From the NCBI GenBank assembly GCA_046563655.1, contig CM102290.1, forward strand, positions 7,750,001 through 7,814,000: a stretch of DNA of 64,000 bases, written 5' to 3'. The stretch is from Yuukianura sp. NJ FZ-2021 (taxonomy: Eukaryota). Position numbers and translations under genes: made by a program. A model generated the notes under the pieces. That model did no database searches, had not been told where the DNA came from, and worked only from the letters and a program-made list of their open reading frames with translations. How positions within the stretch are numbered: position 1 is the first letter of the stretch; every line of letters begins with the position of its first letter. This document shows, in pieces, positions 13,928-26,761 of the stretch.

Positions 13928-16900
13928 TTAGTTGACCTCTTCTGGGGCAGAGTTTCCAGCGTCGCCTCCTGCCTGCTCTGAGATCACTCGGTTCCGGAAG
14001 TACTGGAATGCATGCTTGACGTAGCGCAGAGTTTTGACATAGTCACGGAAAATCGTCCAGTCTCGGATGTAGCGTGTAGTTTTGTCAGCCAAGTCCCGAT
14101 ACTCTGTCGCCATGATTTCACGGGTAATGTCGTTGTGGGAGATGTTCTTCTCCAACATGGCAATTTGAAGTTCACAGAGGACCTAGAACGAGCCAAACTT
14201 TAAATTTAGTATTCTTCTTTGTTTTATTTACTTTCACTTATGAATGATTCTTCTGTTTGTTGCAGCTTACGTATTTGAGCTGGAACTCTGCCTCATTGAA
14301 GTGATGGTAGAAACTGCCACCGTAACACGCTTGGTCTAAAACAATTGCCTCCAGACCCACAGCAAATTTCTGGAGTCCTTGATACATCAATCGTATCGTT
14401 TCATCAACCTTAAATAAAAAAAATATCCAATTTAGCACAATACAAAAATAATTTAAAATTACAGAAATAAATTCATAGTTTTTAGAAAATTTTCCGAAAA
14501 TCAGGTAATAAGAAACTGAAGAGTCAAGAGCCAATCAAAAAATGGAAAGCAATTCAAATCGAAATTGGAATTTCCCTTTTTGAATTTTAAAATTTTTAGT
14601 TCAGAACTAATGTCACTTTTCCTTCATCGATATTTATAATTTATGATATTTACACTAGTCTAAAATTGGTCAAATATTGAACTTGATACAAAATTTGTCT
14701 TTTACGCTTCTTCGCAACCACCCACGCATGTATGAAGGAAGAGGATTTATGGCGGAGTGATAATTGGTTAATAAGAGTTCTAAAAATAAGGAGGACTAAG
14801 ATGTCCAATTTGTCCAAAATGAGCCCCACAGAGCCAGTACTTGGAGGAGGAGGACTTAATTGGAAGGTCAAAGTGTCAATTGTTAAGTAGAATATAGCCC
14901 TTAAGGCCCACTCACTTGGAGGGTAGAGAAGTGATCGTCAATTACTTGGTTATTGACTTGATCCATAACATCCGTTAGGAAGTCATACGTAAGTCGTTCA
15001 TAGCGATCTGACTCTTCTGGATCTCCACCAAAGGCTTCTCTGTACTAAAATTCAGACAGACAAAAAAATAGAAAAATTAGTTTTTGTCAATTCTTCAAGA
15101 ATTTCTCAAGCTAAAACTGTGTTTGAGCTAAAGCTAATAGATCATCAAGCGGTATGAAAAAGGAACAGAAAAAGTGACTTTTTGTTTCTTTTGAACAAAA
15201 AGAGAAACACAATGGTTGAAATTGAAAAAAAAACTGAAAGAAAAGGAATTGGATTTGTTCCCGCGTGTCTTTGAACAAGTTAAGGTTAAAGATGAGCTCT
15301 GTAATCATTGTCCGCCTTAAACAAAATGACGGATGGTTCAAATATTTTAAAAGTTGGCAATTTCAAATACAATGGTTGAGCAGGGTCTTCCTGTTCCCTT
15401 TTCTTTCTTGTTTTTAAAAAAAAGACACGATGAACAAGATGAAGAGAAGCTCGTCTCAGGTATAATAACTTTAACTTGTTCAGAGCATTCACAAACTTTT
15501 TTTTCCTGTATCGTTTCAAATGGACCGTACAATTGTTTCCCTAATTCTTTTTTAAAAGGTCTGCTTTTTTTAAAAAGGAAACATACCAGGGAACAAGTTA
15601 GAACAAGATCATTGAATATTTTGAAAAAGCCTTGTTCATACAACCCCGTGTTCAATTTTGTTTAAAAGAACTAAACTTACGGTCCACCATAAAACAATAA
15701 GTTAACAACGTCTTAATCCTTTTGTGGTTAACCACACCAAACATTTGTTAAGTCGGTTTTCTCTGTTTCCTTTTCACTAGTTTTTAGGGAAGTTGAAAAG
15801 TTATTTCCTTTGTTGTAGGTTTAACTTAACCTAGATTAAGGAAACGTTTTGTAGCATTTTGTTTTCGAATTTTGAAAAGCTTACAAAGTCTTTGAGAAAT
15901 TCGAGAGCCTGTGCCTCAGCCTTGTTTGCCTGCACAACGATGTTGTGGAAGATGTCTTGGTCTGGCTGCGTCTGAATGAGTTCGTTGTCGCCTAATGTCG
16001 CTGCAGGAAGAGATGGCGGGATGCGACAGGGGTTGATCCACTTCTGTTCCCGTTCATGACGCTGACTGTGACGATGGTGGGGGGATCCATGCGGAGGGTC
16101 ATTGCCCTGCTGACCTGACGAGCTCGTTGACCTGCTACTGTCTCCGGAAGTACTGGGAAGCGGATTTGACATTGTCGTAGTTGGAAGCAGTAGTAGAAGT
16201 AGAAGGAGGAGGTAGAAGTAGGAGCGTCCTTGTGACGATACAAGGAAAAATGGTAACTGTTTTCCCCACCCTGTTTAAAAAAAATCAAAAAGGAAAAGTT
16301 AAATGCAAAAAGTCCATTGACGAAATTTGGAACAACGTGCCACCGCAACCACTTGAACTCAAATTACAAAGTTATAGGCGTCTATTATTTAATTCCGGCT
16401 ATGCACCTTCTGAGGTATCAAGAAATAAAGTGTTGGTAAAAACCAAAATTAAGATACCTCAATTATTCAGGTCACAGTCACAAAAACTCAAAGTTAAACG
16501 AGGAGATGACGTTGTTTTTCTGACAAAGTTGTTTAAACGTGAAGTGGTGCAAATTTACGTTTAGAAACTACGCGAACAATTTAGTACTACCTTAAATTCA
16601 CAACACGTGCCCTTGCCAATTGCAATTGAAATCAATGAGATGAGTCAAGAGACAGGTAGTATGGGTGTCTACTATAGTTACACTTCCGCTATTCACACGA
16701 TGGGCTAACGAAACTTTAGCCTATTGTAATCCACTTCAAGTGACTCATCTCTCAGGTTATCATACTCTGTATGCTCAGTAAGAATAAGTGGGGTATCCTT
16801 GACCTATCCCACAGAACTTTCTCACTACAGATGTGTCATCTAATTGGTCCATTTAAAGGCTAGTCAGTGCCAAATTACTAAATGTTCATGACAGTAAAAA

Positions 16901-18333
16901 TACAAACCAATTATAGTCTAGGTGCAAATTACATCTTGTTTAACAAGATTGTTTCACACTTACACGTTTTTTAGACAAAAACTGCCAAAGCCAGTACAGT
17001 TAAAATTCCGGATTCTAATCGGCTTGATTTGATTTTGGAAAAACTCGCTTACTTACAATAGAATTTCTACAAATCCACTATTGGCTTATTTAGAAAGATT
17101 TTTTTTTGTCGCAAAAATTAAAATTTTGAATAAAACTGCCAAAAAACAAGAAAATAAATTTGTTACTAACCGTTTGCTGTGACTACTTCTGAACACCTAA
17201 AATACTTTAATCTCGATTGCACTTGATGAGGAATGTTTTGGAGATCTGGAAAAGTAGATTTGGCTTGGACCAATGACCTTCGACCCTGGTCAATGGTTTT
17301 GACAATGTCAGGGCATGGGAAAGAACACATGTGATGCTGGGAAGAAGGTGAAGTACTGGCCATGGTGGACTCTGTCATTGGTCCAACAAGACGCCGTCGA
17401 CAGTGAATACAAACCATAATTTCTCCACCAACTTTCTCCACACTTTGAAAGACGCTAGGAAGAGCCTTTTGATCTCGGCGTCCCAAATGTCGCTCAGCAC
17501 AAGCGACAGTAGACACTGGAATTGCTGAATTTGAATTGCAAGAACCTACCACCGAAGTACCTGACATTTGGCACTTGAAGACGTTAACAACTGTTAATTT
17601 TTTGAGAACAATAATTAGGGGGAGTTCTGCAAAAGTGGAATTTGTTGGCAATTGAACCAGGAGTGGACAACAAATCAAACTGAAACTCGTTCACTTTACA
17701 CCACAAAATTGCAAAAGACCACCACAATGTGGACAGTTCCTGGTGGATGCTATTTGGACGACCGACGTCAAAGGTGGTCTTCTTCTTGGTTTTTGAGGTA
17801 GAAAAGAAAGACTGCAAAATTTTCGAACTGTGCAAAATTCCTTACTGCTGCAGTAATTTCTTAAAAAAATGGTTTGGAATGACTAAGCGTGTGTCCGTCC
17901 ACCAGACAAGAGGAACTGGTTGGGGAAGAAAGTTTCAAAGGGAACTGATTGACTTCTGGACTAAGGGCCATGCCTTTATAAAGTGAAGAACTGTCCAAAG
18001 ACCAAAATAATAATAAAAGGTGTCCACCACCCTCCCTAGTGAGCAGCTTGTCACCTCAACGAAACCTAAGGTAGGCGACCAGGTACTATTAGTATGGGAA
18101 TCTAAACCGGCCTCTGCCGCGTAGACCTTAGGTAGTTCTGGGCCTCGTTGGGTAGGTTCGTGGCGGGAACTCCACTTACTGCAAATGATCTCAGCGTCAT
18201 AACAATGGTTCTTTATAGGGGTCGAACAGACGTTGGGCACCCGGTTTCGTAGTAAGTGACTCTCTGGATATTGTCGTATCCTACTTAGATCCTGCTCAGA
18301 AGACACTGCTAGATCCTGCGAAGCACTGGCCAT
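13928..18333 (-). CDS. Uncharacterised secreted protein, probable long-chain four-helix cytokine-like (IL-6/LIF/CNTF/Unpaired-type fold), about 353 aa
   Basis: Phase-compatible GT-AG exons 18333-18180, 16270-15885, 15044-14916, 14408-14271 and 14182-13928. Hydrophobic core YFYLLLLLLLLPTTTMS-NP, a low-complexity pro-region, KWINPC, then amphipathic helices (MYQGLQKFAVGLEAIVLDQ; FNEAEFQLKYVLCELQIAM; RDWTIFRDYVKTLRYVKHAF). The four 3' exons are solid; the first exon and the fold are inferred. Confidence 0.75.
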
Positions 18334-21300
18334 GTCGGCAATGCTTCCCTACTACCAAACCACTGCTCAATTAATCCCTCATACACGAACCCCATGACAT
18401 CACCAACTCCATTCATTCACTTTCCTCGAAAACCATGACGTTACATGGGTCATCATCTCATCCACACACATACACACACAACATTCAGCCCAAAGAAAGT
18501 CAACCCTAAGCTTTTCACAACTTTCTCCAGACACACCCCCTCATGCGTTCTGGGCCAAAGGTCAACCATTTTGTGGACCAAAGGTCAACAGCCGCCTAAC
18601 TTTTTCTAGAAAGTCCAGACACTGACCAGACATGAAAAAAAGTTCAACCCAAAATAGAAAGTTGTCAAACAGGTTGTTGCTGCCTCGACTTTGGTCAATG
18701 AACGATGACGACAGGACATGTGGACATGACATAACTTTATATCATTACATGACATAACGCTACTTTTACCGTAGCCTACTGTTACCTGTCATTGTCATCA
18801 TCATGTGGATTTAGTAGTGTTTTGACGTTTGACATAAGATGATCCTAGAGCAGGCAGGCTAGGAACTGACATTGTCCAGTGTCATGGTGACTCCCCGCAG
18901 AAGTGACCTCTGGAGAGTAAGTTAATAGGCTGACACCATGGTGGACGACGAGGGTGGAGCAGTACAGGTGAGGAGCAAGACGTTAATTGTGAAACTAATT
19001 TTAAAATCTAACTAGATGGGTAATTAAAATAAAAACTGTGACACCGCCTACGCCTAAACTTAAATTTTAAAAATAGTTACACACGAAAAATTTTATGAGT
19101 ACTCTAAATTTCGAAATCCCCTAAGCAAGTTTCGTTTTTCTTCTTGCTTGCTTTTCCTAAGGTCATTTGTTTACTTAGAAGTTATAAATAGAAAGTCTCC
19201 AACTTTTTTTTGTCACCTTAGGAACAGAGATGATGTGATTTTCCGGCTTAGCCCCAATTTCAAATTGACTCATTCCGCCATTCATTTCCACATTCTTTGT
19301 TTTTAACAGAATCAAATTTCTGTTTGGAAATCTACTTTTCCTTTTAGTTTGAACAAGCTTTTAAAAAAACGGAACTTTTTTTTTACTCCTCTTCTAGTAC
19401 TGTTGACATTCCTCTCACTTTCTGAATTTGCGCACACGCGCACAGGCGTCACATTTCCCTTCGCGTCTCCCTTTCATTCAACTTCCGTAATCAAAAATCA
19501 TTTTGTGGAGCGAAGCCCAGTAGTTACTAGTTAATAAACTGTTCGTCAATAAGTTATTCATTGCAATTTGATGCTTTAGCCACTTAAGATTGAGTTTTAA
19601 ATTTAACACATCCATTCATTAAATGTTCCGCCTCATTAAAATTTACAACCACATACAAAGGTTTACTAGACTCTAAAATTTAGTCACAAGTTGCCCCAAG
19701 CTTACAACAACTCAAAATTTACACTCTGGCTACCCTAGAATTTATAACCTCAGGACTTGCATGCACCAAAACCCACTAAGGTCATGACCTTCACCAAAAT
19801 CCTCTTTACCCCCCAAAATCAAATCGTATTTTGAACGATTACGTAGTCCTCCAACAACGTGTTTTCCAACGTACGTCAAACATGTCTAAACATAGAGCGG
19901 GAAACGTAACTGAATTTCAAACTGAAACATTCCTGTATGACAACACGTTTGTTTTATTTTGGGATTGGTATTTTAAGGATATGCATCGACATGAAGTCCA
20001 GAATTCATTGACGCCTGTGTTAGTAGCCAGTCAAAGGCGCAATTGAAACTAAAAACACAAAAGGATTTTATTTCCACTTACTTACTTGCATGTTTCTGTG
20101 CATGACAATTTGCGGAGTTAATTGGACAGAATGACACCTCATAAAGTAAATTAAGTGGTAATATGAATAAAAAAGTTTCCTTGTGGATTTTCCAAGGAAA
20201 GACAATAGGTTATTCGTACTAAGATGAGAAGATGCAATGACTACCACGACCAACCTCCTTGGAAACGGATCTTCATTTTAAAACCGACAAGTTCTACTAC
20301 TCTGCCTCTTGCGTCATTCGAACCGTTCACGGAAAAACGCATTGTTTTGACTGTCCCAAATCCAGGGATGATAGGTGACGCTAGCACTGATTTCGCTGTA
20401 CTACGACCTCAAAATTTACTACGCTCAAGCCACAATTGCATTGAAACATATTACGAGTGAAAAGTTATTTTAGGATATGGGATGAGTCGGTGACGATTAG
20501 CGTGGAGGTGACATAGTCTGTGACGACTACAGAAGGTGACGACATGGTCAAAACAAACAGTTATACCTTGTTGAATCCTAGGACTAGGACAATATGTCCA
20601 TTTTTAGTAAAAAGACTTCGCCGGTCCATTCATTCATACAGAGATTAAGTGACTGGTGAGCGGTGACGAAGTACGTGATTTCGGAAAAACGTGGCAGAAT
20701 TTTTCCAACATTGTGTCATCCACCAACAAACTAATCTTTAATTCATTCTTTTTTTCAAACGGGAATCACTTGACCTTTAACAATTTCAAACAATAGCATT
20801 ACCAATTGTGACGTAAATTTTCAGACTTTCACTCGAGGAAAACTAGGTCACGTTGTTCCAATATTTAATAGTTCCATCAACGTAATTAAATTACTTTCTT
20901 TTTTAAAAAAGTTGTTTTAAAATTGTTTGGAAAGCTTGTTTACATAAGTTCAAGGACATACGTACCTTAGTGAAGCGATTCCTTGTGGCTTTTGTCCGGA
21001 AATGACCTTTATCCTGTTGAGGATGAAGATTTTGTCTTCTTTTGACCCACGATAGATGAACACTAAGCCAGTTTTTACAGTTTTGTCTATTTTGAAGCGA
21101 TGATGCGCCTAAATTCTTATGGTGTGACTTGGAAGTAAGTCCTTGCCGCAGTGGTTCTGAAAATTGAATAGAAGCAGAAATTATTAAAATTGGTGGAAGC
21201 TAGTTACAAATTCTAAAAAGCCTCCCCACTGCCATTACTTTAGGCCTTTTACTTAAATTTCTTGTCAGTGTTGTTCAACAACATACTAGAAGGTTTACCA

Positions 21301-24300
21301 TACGCTAAGGACAGTTACTTAAAGCCAGACAATAAAAAAGCTTTAAGCTGTGTGCAGTTAAATATTAAGTAGAGCCTTACCTCCTTTTGGTTTTTCAGCT
21401 TCACTGACGACGGCTGAAGAAAGAAAGGCAGTAGAGCAGGAGGCGTGCTGCACACTTTCTATCATCCAGCAAAGAAAAACCTCTAATAGATTTTCGGAGC
21501 TTTAGGTTTTTTTTTCTGGCAAAATGGGAACAAGAGCAATGTTTATATGCCAAAATTTCCAATTCTAACCAGAGAGTCACACGCAATGCAAGGCGAGTGC
21601 TTTTTGGCAATGTTCCAGAAAAGAACCGGAATTCGGGGAAGGTCGAAACTCTGCCTTGGCTTCAAACAAGAAAGAAAAACCGAAGTTTGAGAGACACGCT
21701 TCACAGTTTGACTTTGACTTCTTCTAGCTTACTGCTATAAAGTTATAGTCCTTTTGTGTTTTGGGCGGCACTGGAACTTATTGGACTTTTTCGGAGAGTG
21801 ATTGCTTTCCTTTAGAACCGTGGAATTTGGAACAAGAGAATCCCAATTAAAAATGTATGATCACACCTCCAATTCCGACTATTAACTGATGCGATGTCAA
21901 CTGACTTATGTAGCAACTCCCATAGACTGTTTTGAATTAAGCCGCCAAGTCCAAAGTTGATTTTGTTACGGTTGCGCTCCTACCAACTTACAAGGCTAAT
22001 CTCCAAGGGCAAAGTGAAATTGGATTCATTTTGGCATGACCTTCGCAAATTTGCAAAAGATTTGCACACACCCAGGTATAATTACGACAACCGCCGCTTA
22101 TCTGCCATTGTGTTCCCAGCCACTCAAAAAAAGAGAGAGCTAAGTTTGTTTATTGCGATATGGAAATGCGTCTATAAATTTATTCAGTAGCGCATGGCGT
22201 CTTTTTTTGGACGCTAAAAATTGCTCTTGGCCTTGGAATGATTGTTTCGCAAAATGGAAATTTTGTGGGGTTTGAAGCCTATGTTGTAAGTCAAGTTTAA
22301 TGTTACAGCATAGGCGGTATTGCCGGAATCATTAAAAGTTACATTGGAAACCTCATGGTAGTGTAGAGCCGAGTACAAATTGTAACGTAATAGTTCGTAT
22401 ACTAACGTACCCACGTACAATGTAGCATCTTTGTCTAGCAAAGCGTATACAAAACCTTGCGTGATTTTTAGTAAAAAGAGAAAGTGACCTTGTTAAAGTA
22501 GTGGAACAAAAGGAATGATAAAACGTGGAGGCGAAAACACGGAAACGCAAGAGTCATCCCAGACTGTTCTGATTTCATTTGCCTTTCCCCCCACTTTGTA
22601 TTTGTTTCCATTAGGTTAGAGGTTTGGGGTGGGGAGAGGTCAATTGTAGGTGGGACATTCGTCATCATCACTTTCTTGGTGGTGTCTGTTCGTAAGCATG
22701 ACGCCATATGAGACTATTCCGCCAGATCGACACATTCGTCACCATCATCATCATCATTCCAAACTTTTTTTTTGTTTCCTTTATTTGCAAACAGTAAAGA
22801 TCCAATTCTAGCAATTTTTGGTTTTCGTCGATCCAGCGTACTTCCGTAGGAGTATATTGACTTTAACTGGCTCACGGGATGCCCAGAAGTTGACTGATCT
22901 CTTCTGACGACAGCAACTTTTAAGGTGCAAATTGAAGTCCAAATTCTAAAACGACAGTTTTCCCGCCGGAGATTATGACAAAAACGAATTTTGAAAAAAA
23001 CGGTTATAAAAGGAAAAAAAGGTTTCACAGTTTCAAAAGTAAACACGAAAGTTCAATGGTAAATAAAGTCACGAGTCCTGGTTCCTTGACTTTGTCTGTA
23101 CTATCACCTTCCAAAACATTGACTCCATTCAGAGATTTGACTAAAAACTAAATTTTTGAAACAATTAACAATTAAATTTGTTTATTAATTTGGACAGTTT
23201 TTTCAACTCTGGACTCTAGTTTACCGTTTGGTATTGTTTTTCGAACAATCCCTCAAAATGTCACCTCGTATCACAGACAAAAGGAAAGATAAATTATTTA
23301 GTGTCTAAAATAACTAAAAGATCTTCATTCCATTTTTGTCAAAATCACTCCTACAGGACAAGGATAAACAGCAGGCAGTACGCTTCACTTCTTGTTGTAA
23401 TTAATTGAAACTTATTATTAGACAACCTTTAACGAAGCAAAAACTTAACAAACACTTAGCGCCTAAGTTCACATTGTCCAAACATTAACAAATCCTTAAA
23501 AAACTAACTAATGCCCAGAATCTTTCAATCTTTGAAACTTGTAGGAGTCATTATGACAAGGTTCAGGCAACATACAATTAGGTTACATCTTCCAATTTTT
23601 TGTTTTTGTCTTGTTAACCCACTTGTGCCAATTTTGGCAATTTTGAAGCAGAGGAAGAAAGTTCGTATCTTAGCAGCCAGAAGGCTGCACGTACTGCCTC
23701 TACATTGGTTAGGTTTGCAACTAACGCTAGCTTAGCTAAAGCTGTTCATGACCATCAACGACTTCCAGAACGCAGAGATAGGATCTTGACACGTCCAAAA
23801 GCTGCTAACAAGCAGATGGAATAGGAAAAAAAGTGGTGAACTTCTGGCAGAGCGGAGCCGTGGCTAAAATTATTGCATGGACGATCTGATACTACTGCTG
23901 CGTGTTTTTTTAAAGCAGACAATTGTTTAGGTTACTCTTTGTGCGCGGTTTTCTTTGTTGAATGTTTGTTGAGGTTGAAGTGTACTAAAGTTGTGTAAGA
24001 ATTGATAGGCTTTTGGGCAGGTGCGTTTGTGTAAGGTTGAGGTTGAAGTTAAGACTACCTTAACGTTACATTTCCGATGTTGTACCTCTTCTTTGTGCCC
24101 GTTGCAGTTTGTGGTTTATGCCAAAGTGGTAAATGTTCGTTTCAGAGGGGAGGATATCGTGATCTCTGGCATAATCATGCCGGGTGATGATTCACGGAGT
24201 AATTGTTTTGCACGACCAACAATCTTTACAGGATCTAAAACCTTCTTGACGCTTTTCAATTGAAACAAAATGAATTCTGCATCAGGAGGAAAAAATTGTC

Positions 24301-25465
24301 TCCGGTGGAATCAACATTGGGCAAAAGATGTATTTCCTCAGTAATACTGTTCTCAACAAGCTAAATTTCAGCTTTGTAGTTTTTAAGTTTCTGCAGTTGC
24401 GCAGAGACGGAGCGGAACCTGCAATATGGCGGGTGTAGCGTCGTTGGAAAAATGGCGCGCAAGAACATAGGGTAATTTGCCCGCTGTTGGTGTGCATCAC
24501 AATAGGTCCAAGCGGCTCCCATCATCTTCATCTTCCACAATTCCAAGAAAGGAATGAATAAGTTTTGGCCAGAGCTACTAACCCTGCTACGGACAACAAT
24601 TAAGTTCCTAATGCATTGAATTCGCAAAAGTCCGGAAGGCCCAAAGGAGCATCACAGAGTCTAATAATAGCTTTTGCATCGCATCATGTTGTTTTTACTT
24701 CATGATGGCTTCAATTTCACGCAACAATTTCTGTACGTCAGCACCATACCTAGCCAACCGGATATTTACTAACTCAGTCAATTCTATGGAAAGTATAAAA
24801 AAAACAGAGATTTAGGGCATTAACGTAAGTTTAAGGATTAAATTGAATTTCAAATACAAAGGAAAAGGATTTGTGGAAATGGAACGAACAAAGGTAAAGG
24901 TCAAAGGTAACATTTAGTTTGACTCGAGAAATCACAATTTCACCTGCTCTATTTAGAAGTACAACGCATGCCCGTCCTAAATTGTAAAGTGTGTATGATT
25001 TTAGAATCTACTGAAACAAATAATAGTTCTACAGGTGTGTTTCTGATAGTTTCAAAAAGTCTAAAAAGAACAAGTTACAACAAGTTGTAAACTATTAGTT
25101 TTGTAGAAATAAAGTTTAAAATTTTTGGGAAGTTACAACATTTGAGCAGATTAAAGGAGAATGTTTATTTTTATTTTTTTAACGTGTCCTTTATTTAAAA
25201 ATTAAGTATCCCTAAAATTTAAGTTATTCCTGTAAAAATTTTTAAAAAGTTTAAATCCAACTTCAAAATGAAACCATTAGCATGAGAGAATTATATGAAT
25301 TAAAAGAAAGAACAAAAAGAAGTTTAGTTAGGAAATTAAGAAATAAGTTAGAAAATTAAGTTAGAAAATTTTACATGTTGTAACTAGTACCTGCAACGCA
25401 GGATACCAGTGCCTATTAAATCGAATCAAATCGAACACCTTTTAGAAATTGAAAATCGATTATTT

Positions 25466-26761
25466 TCAAGTTCGTCTCTGTTTCCTATTCAATCGAGTTT
25501 TGTGAGTTGACATCAGGCTGATCAGGCTTGATGCTTTTTTCCATTTGTACCTTGCTACAGGATTTCGTGGATTTGATTTGTACTTTTGGGACCACGAATG
25601 ATTTCGTTTGAGACGACGCATCATTTTGATTTGTTTTTCTTCGACCTCAACTTCTGGCTTGAACTTGGTCAAAATTCGAGTCACAACAAAACGAACAATG
25701 ACGTTCATAAGAGAACGAAACAGAGTAGAGGCGCCGATTAGTTTAAAAAATACAGTCAGAATGAAAATGTAAATTTTTTCAAACCAGTTCAAAAGTTTGT
25801 AAATTTCAGTCCCAGTGTGTCCCTGCAGATCCGATTGGCAAAAGTAAAAATAAACATTTCCCGCAACGGACATTTGAGGCAGAAATTGTCCCACACTTTT
25901 GTAGTAACTTTCTTGGATGGCTCCAATTTTTGAATCTCGAATGAGGAAGCTAGGAAGCCATACTTGTTCCCAAAATCTTCTGTAGAATCCTGGCGAAACC
26001 TTGAGCAAAGGAATGTTGTACCTGTCTTCAATTCCGAGAAGATGGCCAATCAGAGCCCAGAGGTGCACAAATCCTTCGACGCCTGCGCTGTCTTCAATCC
26101 CAAACGTCCGCGGATGAGCCAAGACGGGCAGCAAGAATGAAATTTGTGTAACAGCCAGTGAGAACTGGCTGATTTGTTCTGGTGGGTCATAGGTCAAACC
26201 CATTTGATCGAAAATCGATAAGTTCAGATGCTTCAAATCGATATCCAAGGCTCGTCCCAATGGATCATCCCATGTCCCAGGTTCTTCTTCTTCAATTTCA
26301 ATATCCAGGAGCCGTCCGGGTTGTGACTTTCTGCGCATGGCTTGATGCGTTTTGCGAATTCGTGAAACGGATCTGTATCCATCAGTGTAGACACCGACAA
26401 GATCGTTTTCATACCAACGCAGAAGGTTCCAAATGGTGCTGAGAATCCGTTTCGTCGTTTGTTTCACTCCGTGGAAGCTTTGAGTTCGGATGACAAGAGC
26501 CGTTACTGGTTTCAAACCAAAGCCCAGTCCAAAGTACAGCGCATGTGCGAACATCAGAGATGTGTAATGTTTTTGAAAAAACCGCTGTCCAGCTTGAGCC
26601 AATTTCATGTCCAGCCATGGTATCTGCCTACCGTCCGCCCAGACACCAGAGTCTCCCGCCTCGTATTGGGCTTCAAACAAAAGTCGATTCCAAATTTGTT
26701 CTTCCTCTTCAGCCGTAACTTGATCTTTGGCGGACTTTTCGGAATCTGTATCTGCACCCAT
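25466..26761 (-). CDS. ER-bound oxygenase mpaB/rubber-oxygenase (Lcp)-like, DUF2236-domain protein, 431 aa, intronless CDS
   Basis: Single 1296-nt ORF carrying the family motifs IPWLD..AQAGQRFF, SVSRIRKTH, ISQFSLAVTQ and GFVHLWALIGHLLGIEDRYN, plus a hydrophobic C-terminal segment. An acceptor just 5' of the ATG (tttacag near 26772) suggests a 5'-UTR intron. The extreme C-terminus could be spliced at a GT near 25550. Confidence 0.8.
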   Translation of the reverse strand: MGADTDSEKSAKDQVTAEEEEQIWNRLLFEAQYEAGDSGVWADGRQIPWLDMKLAQAGQRFFQKHYTSLMFAHALYFGLGFGLKPVTALVIRTQSFHGVKQTTKRILSTIWNLLRWYENDLVGVYTDGYRSVSRIRKTHQAMRRKSQPGRLLDIEIEEEEPGTWDDPLGRALDIDLKHLNLSIFDQMGLTYDPPEQISQFSLAVTQISFLLPVLAHPRTFGIEDSAGVEGFVHLWALIGHLLGIEDRYNIPLLKVSPGFYRRFWEQVWLPSFLIRDSKIGAIQESYYKSVGQFLPQMSVAGNVYFYFCQSDLQGHTGTEIYKLLNWFEKIYIFILTVFFKLIGASTLFRSLMNVIVRFVVTRILTKFKPEVEVEEKQIKMMRRLKRNHSWSQKYKSNPRNPVARYKWKKASSLISLMSTHKTRLNRKQRRT

